In this document: one piece after another, positions 63,793 through 64,000 of the stretch
Position numbering within the stretch: the first letter of the stretch is position 1
Layout of the letters: every line of letters starts with the position of its first letter
Assembly (NCBI RefSeq): GCF_964204645.1
Contig: NC_134025.1
Span: 30,360,299-30,424,298, forward strand
DNA from: Tubulanus polymorphus
Taxonomy: Eukaryota > Animalia > Nemertea
DNA length: 64,000 nucleotides
Direction: 5' to 3'
The notes under the pieces: model-generated
What the model saw: only the letters and a program-made list of their open reading frames with translations
Database searches by the model: none
What the model was told of the DNA's origin: nothing
Program-made: the position numbers and the translations under genes

Positions 63793-64000
63793 TGTAAACA
63801 TGATTTCTGTTGGGTTTGTTTGGAGGCGTGGAAGAAGCACAGTTCCGCGACGGGTGGATATTTCCGCTGTAATCGTTACGAGGTCGTGAAGAAAGTGGAA
63901 GAATCCACCGACGGTTTGAAAGCTGAAGCCGAAGAACGCAACAAAAAAATGCAAGAACTCAATCGCTTCATGCATTATTATACACGGTTTAAAAATCATG
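63793..64000 (+). CDS. ANKIB1: ANKIB1 exon 13 (truncated by the window edge)
   Basis: [30 protein letters not shown]...[15 protein letters not shown]. Confidence 0.93.

Larger units (their letters stand above)
59870..64000 (+). other. ANKIB1: Gene span (runs off the window): ankyrin repeat and IBR domain-containing protein 1, RBR E3 ubiquitin ligase
   Basis: MGSSSSKFRKHL...TALHYAAKHAM start, ankyrin repeats, [28 protein letters not shown]1-IBR-RING2 with [10 protein letters not shown] and [14 protein letters not shown]. Confidence 0.95.

Overview
AT-rich, intron-rich eukaryotic DNA from an invertebrate animal (probably a protostome or lophotrochozoan; taxon is inferred). I reconstructed three spliced genes by hand from GT-AG sites with consistent phases. 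(1) Plus strand, 25345-44899: 14 coding exons for a 5xCUB + LDLa + TM protein with LEV-10-like architecture, ending in a PDZ-type ligand. Its signal-peptide exon was not found. The LDLa-TM intron carries candidate microexon or alternative terminal exons and a GCATG (Rbfox) cluster. (2) Minus strand, 53230-58055: 9 exons, 547 aa, a purple-acid-phosphatase (ACP7-like) fold protein. It has lost 5 of the 7 metal ligands, carries a TM helix and a YVNL tail, and is a candidate membrane pseudo-phosphatase; this is the most interesting finding. (3) Plus strand, 59870 to beyond 64000: ANKIB1 (ankyrin + RBR E3 ligase), head-to-head with gene 2. The rest is non-coding: two 27-bp satellites, minisatellites and microsatellites, several MITE families and two tRNA-derived SINEs. 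I found no CRISPR array, rRNA or intact transposase. The long ORFs in the track are repeat artefacts.
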